In this document: positions 9,570-10,605 of the stretch, piece by piece
Numbering within the stretch: position 1 is the stretch's first letter
How the letters are laid out: the number at the start of each line of letters is the position of its first letter
Assembly (NCBI GenBank): GCA_905250115.1
Contig: CAJNOI010000024.1
Span: forward strand, 14,641 to 25,245
Direction of reading: 5' to 3'
Source: Adineta steineri
Lineage: Eukaryota
DNA length: 10,605 bases
The notes under the pieces: generated by a model
Told to the model about the DNA's origin: nothing
The model's input: the letters and a program-made list of their open reading frames with translations, nothing else
The model's database searches: none
Position numbers and translations under genes: made by a program

Positions 9570-10201
9570 CTAAAAGTACGCAATTCAGTTATTTTTTCAA
9601 TTTTTATTGTCTATTAAAATTAAATGTAGTCGAAAATAGTCTATGCGAGGAAAGAAAAACACTTGCATTCTAAGAGTTTAAAGAACTATAGCAAGTTTGA
9701 TTGTACATAAAAACTGGATTGGTTGTAAAGAATCAATAGAATCTCTCAAATTTATGTATCAAAAGACTTTCCACTATGTACATATTATCGATTGCATCGT
9801 ATTTTACTAAATAGTTATAATTCAAAAAACAAAAAGTTTCCAGGTAATATATATGATCTTTATAGATATAACAAAAATCGGTTTGGCAATCTGTGAAAAT
9901 TTAATCACGCAATGCTATGCGACAGAAAAGTATTTCTTTCTCGTAAATGTTGCTCACTGATGAAAAGAAATTACTTAGAAAAAACAATTACTGTGTTCTG
10001 ACAGAAGTTTCCTTGAACGAATTTAGTATATCTGAGAGAAGAGATGATTTCTTCGTCTTAAAAACTCCTGTCAGTTGAAATTTTCTGAATTATTTTGATT
10101 TACGATACTTTATAATCTCAAAAATAGTTTCGTAGATTTTCTAAAATTGATTCTGTCTCGATGGGTTATAGAAAGCATTCTTCATCTGAACTGTTGCTTA
10201 C
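9570..10201 (-). other. Candidate intron (632 nt) joining the T/S-rich exon to the LamG exon
   Basis: Donor GTAAGC at 10201-10196 (alternative GTAGTA three nt upstream, same phase); acceptor CTTTTAG ending at 9570; branch-like TAACTGA at 9591-9585. Both ends are phase 1 in the T/S frame and the LamG frame. Confidence 0.55.
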
Positions 10202-10378
10202 TACTTGTTGTTGTTGTAGTTGTTGTTGATGTTGATGTTGTTGTAGTTGTTATTGTTGTTGTGGTTGTAGTAGTTGTTGTTGTGGTTGTAGTTGTTGTTG
10301 TAGTTGTTGTTGTGGTTGTTGTTGATGTTGTGGTTGTAGTTGTTGTTGTGGTTGTAGTAGTTGTTGTTGGTGTTGTAG

Positions 10379-10413
<35 letters not shown>

Positions 10414-10605
10414 GATGATGATGATGTTGTTGTTGATGTTGTGGTTGTAGTTGTTGATGTTGTGGTTGTAGTTGTTGATGATGACGACGATGTTGTTGTA
10501 GTTGATGTTGTTGTAGTTGATGATGATGATGACGATGTTGTTGAAGTTGATGTTGTAATTGTTGTTGTTGATGATGATGATGTTGATGTTGATGTTGTGG
10601 TTGTA
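10202..10605 (-). CDS. Mucin-like Thr/Ser-rich stalk, 5'-partial exon of the LamG gene
   Basis: Minus-strand frame starting at 10604 is open for 134 codons plus 1 nt: 101 Thr, 30 Ser, 2 Ile, 1 Pro. Variation in the frame is mostly ACA/ACC/ACT and TCA/TCG (synonymous) or Thr/Ser swaps. The phase matches the LamG exon. Confidence 0.55.
10203..10605. repeat. Imperfect trinucleotide (GTT/GAT/GTA/GTG)n tract, continues off the right edge
   Basis: Direct reading of the sequence: almost every triplet is GTT, GAT, GTA or GTG on the plus strand. Confidence 0.95.
10378..10413. repeat. Pure (GTT)12 microsatellite core
   Basis: 36 nt of uninterrupted GTT units inside the imperfect tract. Confidence 0.9.

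Noticed and set aside
10253-10603. Poly-Gln/His/Leu-rich reading frame on the minus strand (117 codons)
   Set aside because: Open only because of repeat composition; it stops at TAA 10252-10250, its variants are mostly non-synonymous, and the T/S frame explains the sequence and the splice phase better. Still a weak alternative.
10203-10605. Plus-strand poly-Val frame in the repeat
   Set aside because: A long near-pure Val/Asp protein is implausible and has no supporting context.
10203-10605. CRISPR array or satellite
   Set aside because: No regularly spaced direct repeats with unique spacers; it is a trinucleotide tract.
1-10605. Prokaryote-type defence operon
   Set aside because: The organisation is eukaryotic (intron, AATAAA signals, single genes, convergent orientation); no companion nuclease, toxin or reverse transcriptase ORF was seen.

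Overview
This is a eukaryotic window. Codon use, AATAAA signals, a GT..AG intron and protein style suggest a bdelloid-rotifer-like genome (taxonomy is inference). Two genes converge. (1) A very large plus-strand gene, open from position 2 to 7744 and truncated by the left window edge. It encodes at least 2580 aa and resembles the uncharacterised DUF3638/DUF3645 family. It carries a P-loop-like GEGKTS, a DESDE Walker-B-like motif, DEIHTRGTDF, and QACMRMRELGNGH, an arrangement like a split SF2/SecA-type ATPase. (2) A minus-strand gene entering from the right edge. The ORF track shows only its 217-aa LamG-like part, called from a TTG. I infer an upstream exon in the imperfect triplet repeat (10202-10605) whose T/S frame encodes 134 codons (101 Thr, 30 Ser, 2 Ile, 1 Pro). 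A phase-matched 632-nt intron would join it to the LamG exon, giving a secreted or cell-surface mucin-like stalk plus LamG head. I see no CRISPR array, structural RNA gene, mobile-element ORF or prokaryote-type defence operon. The most uncharacterised element is the DUF3638-type giant protein, but it belongs to an existing family, so a wholly new system is not supported.
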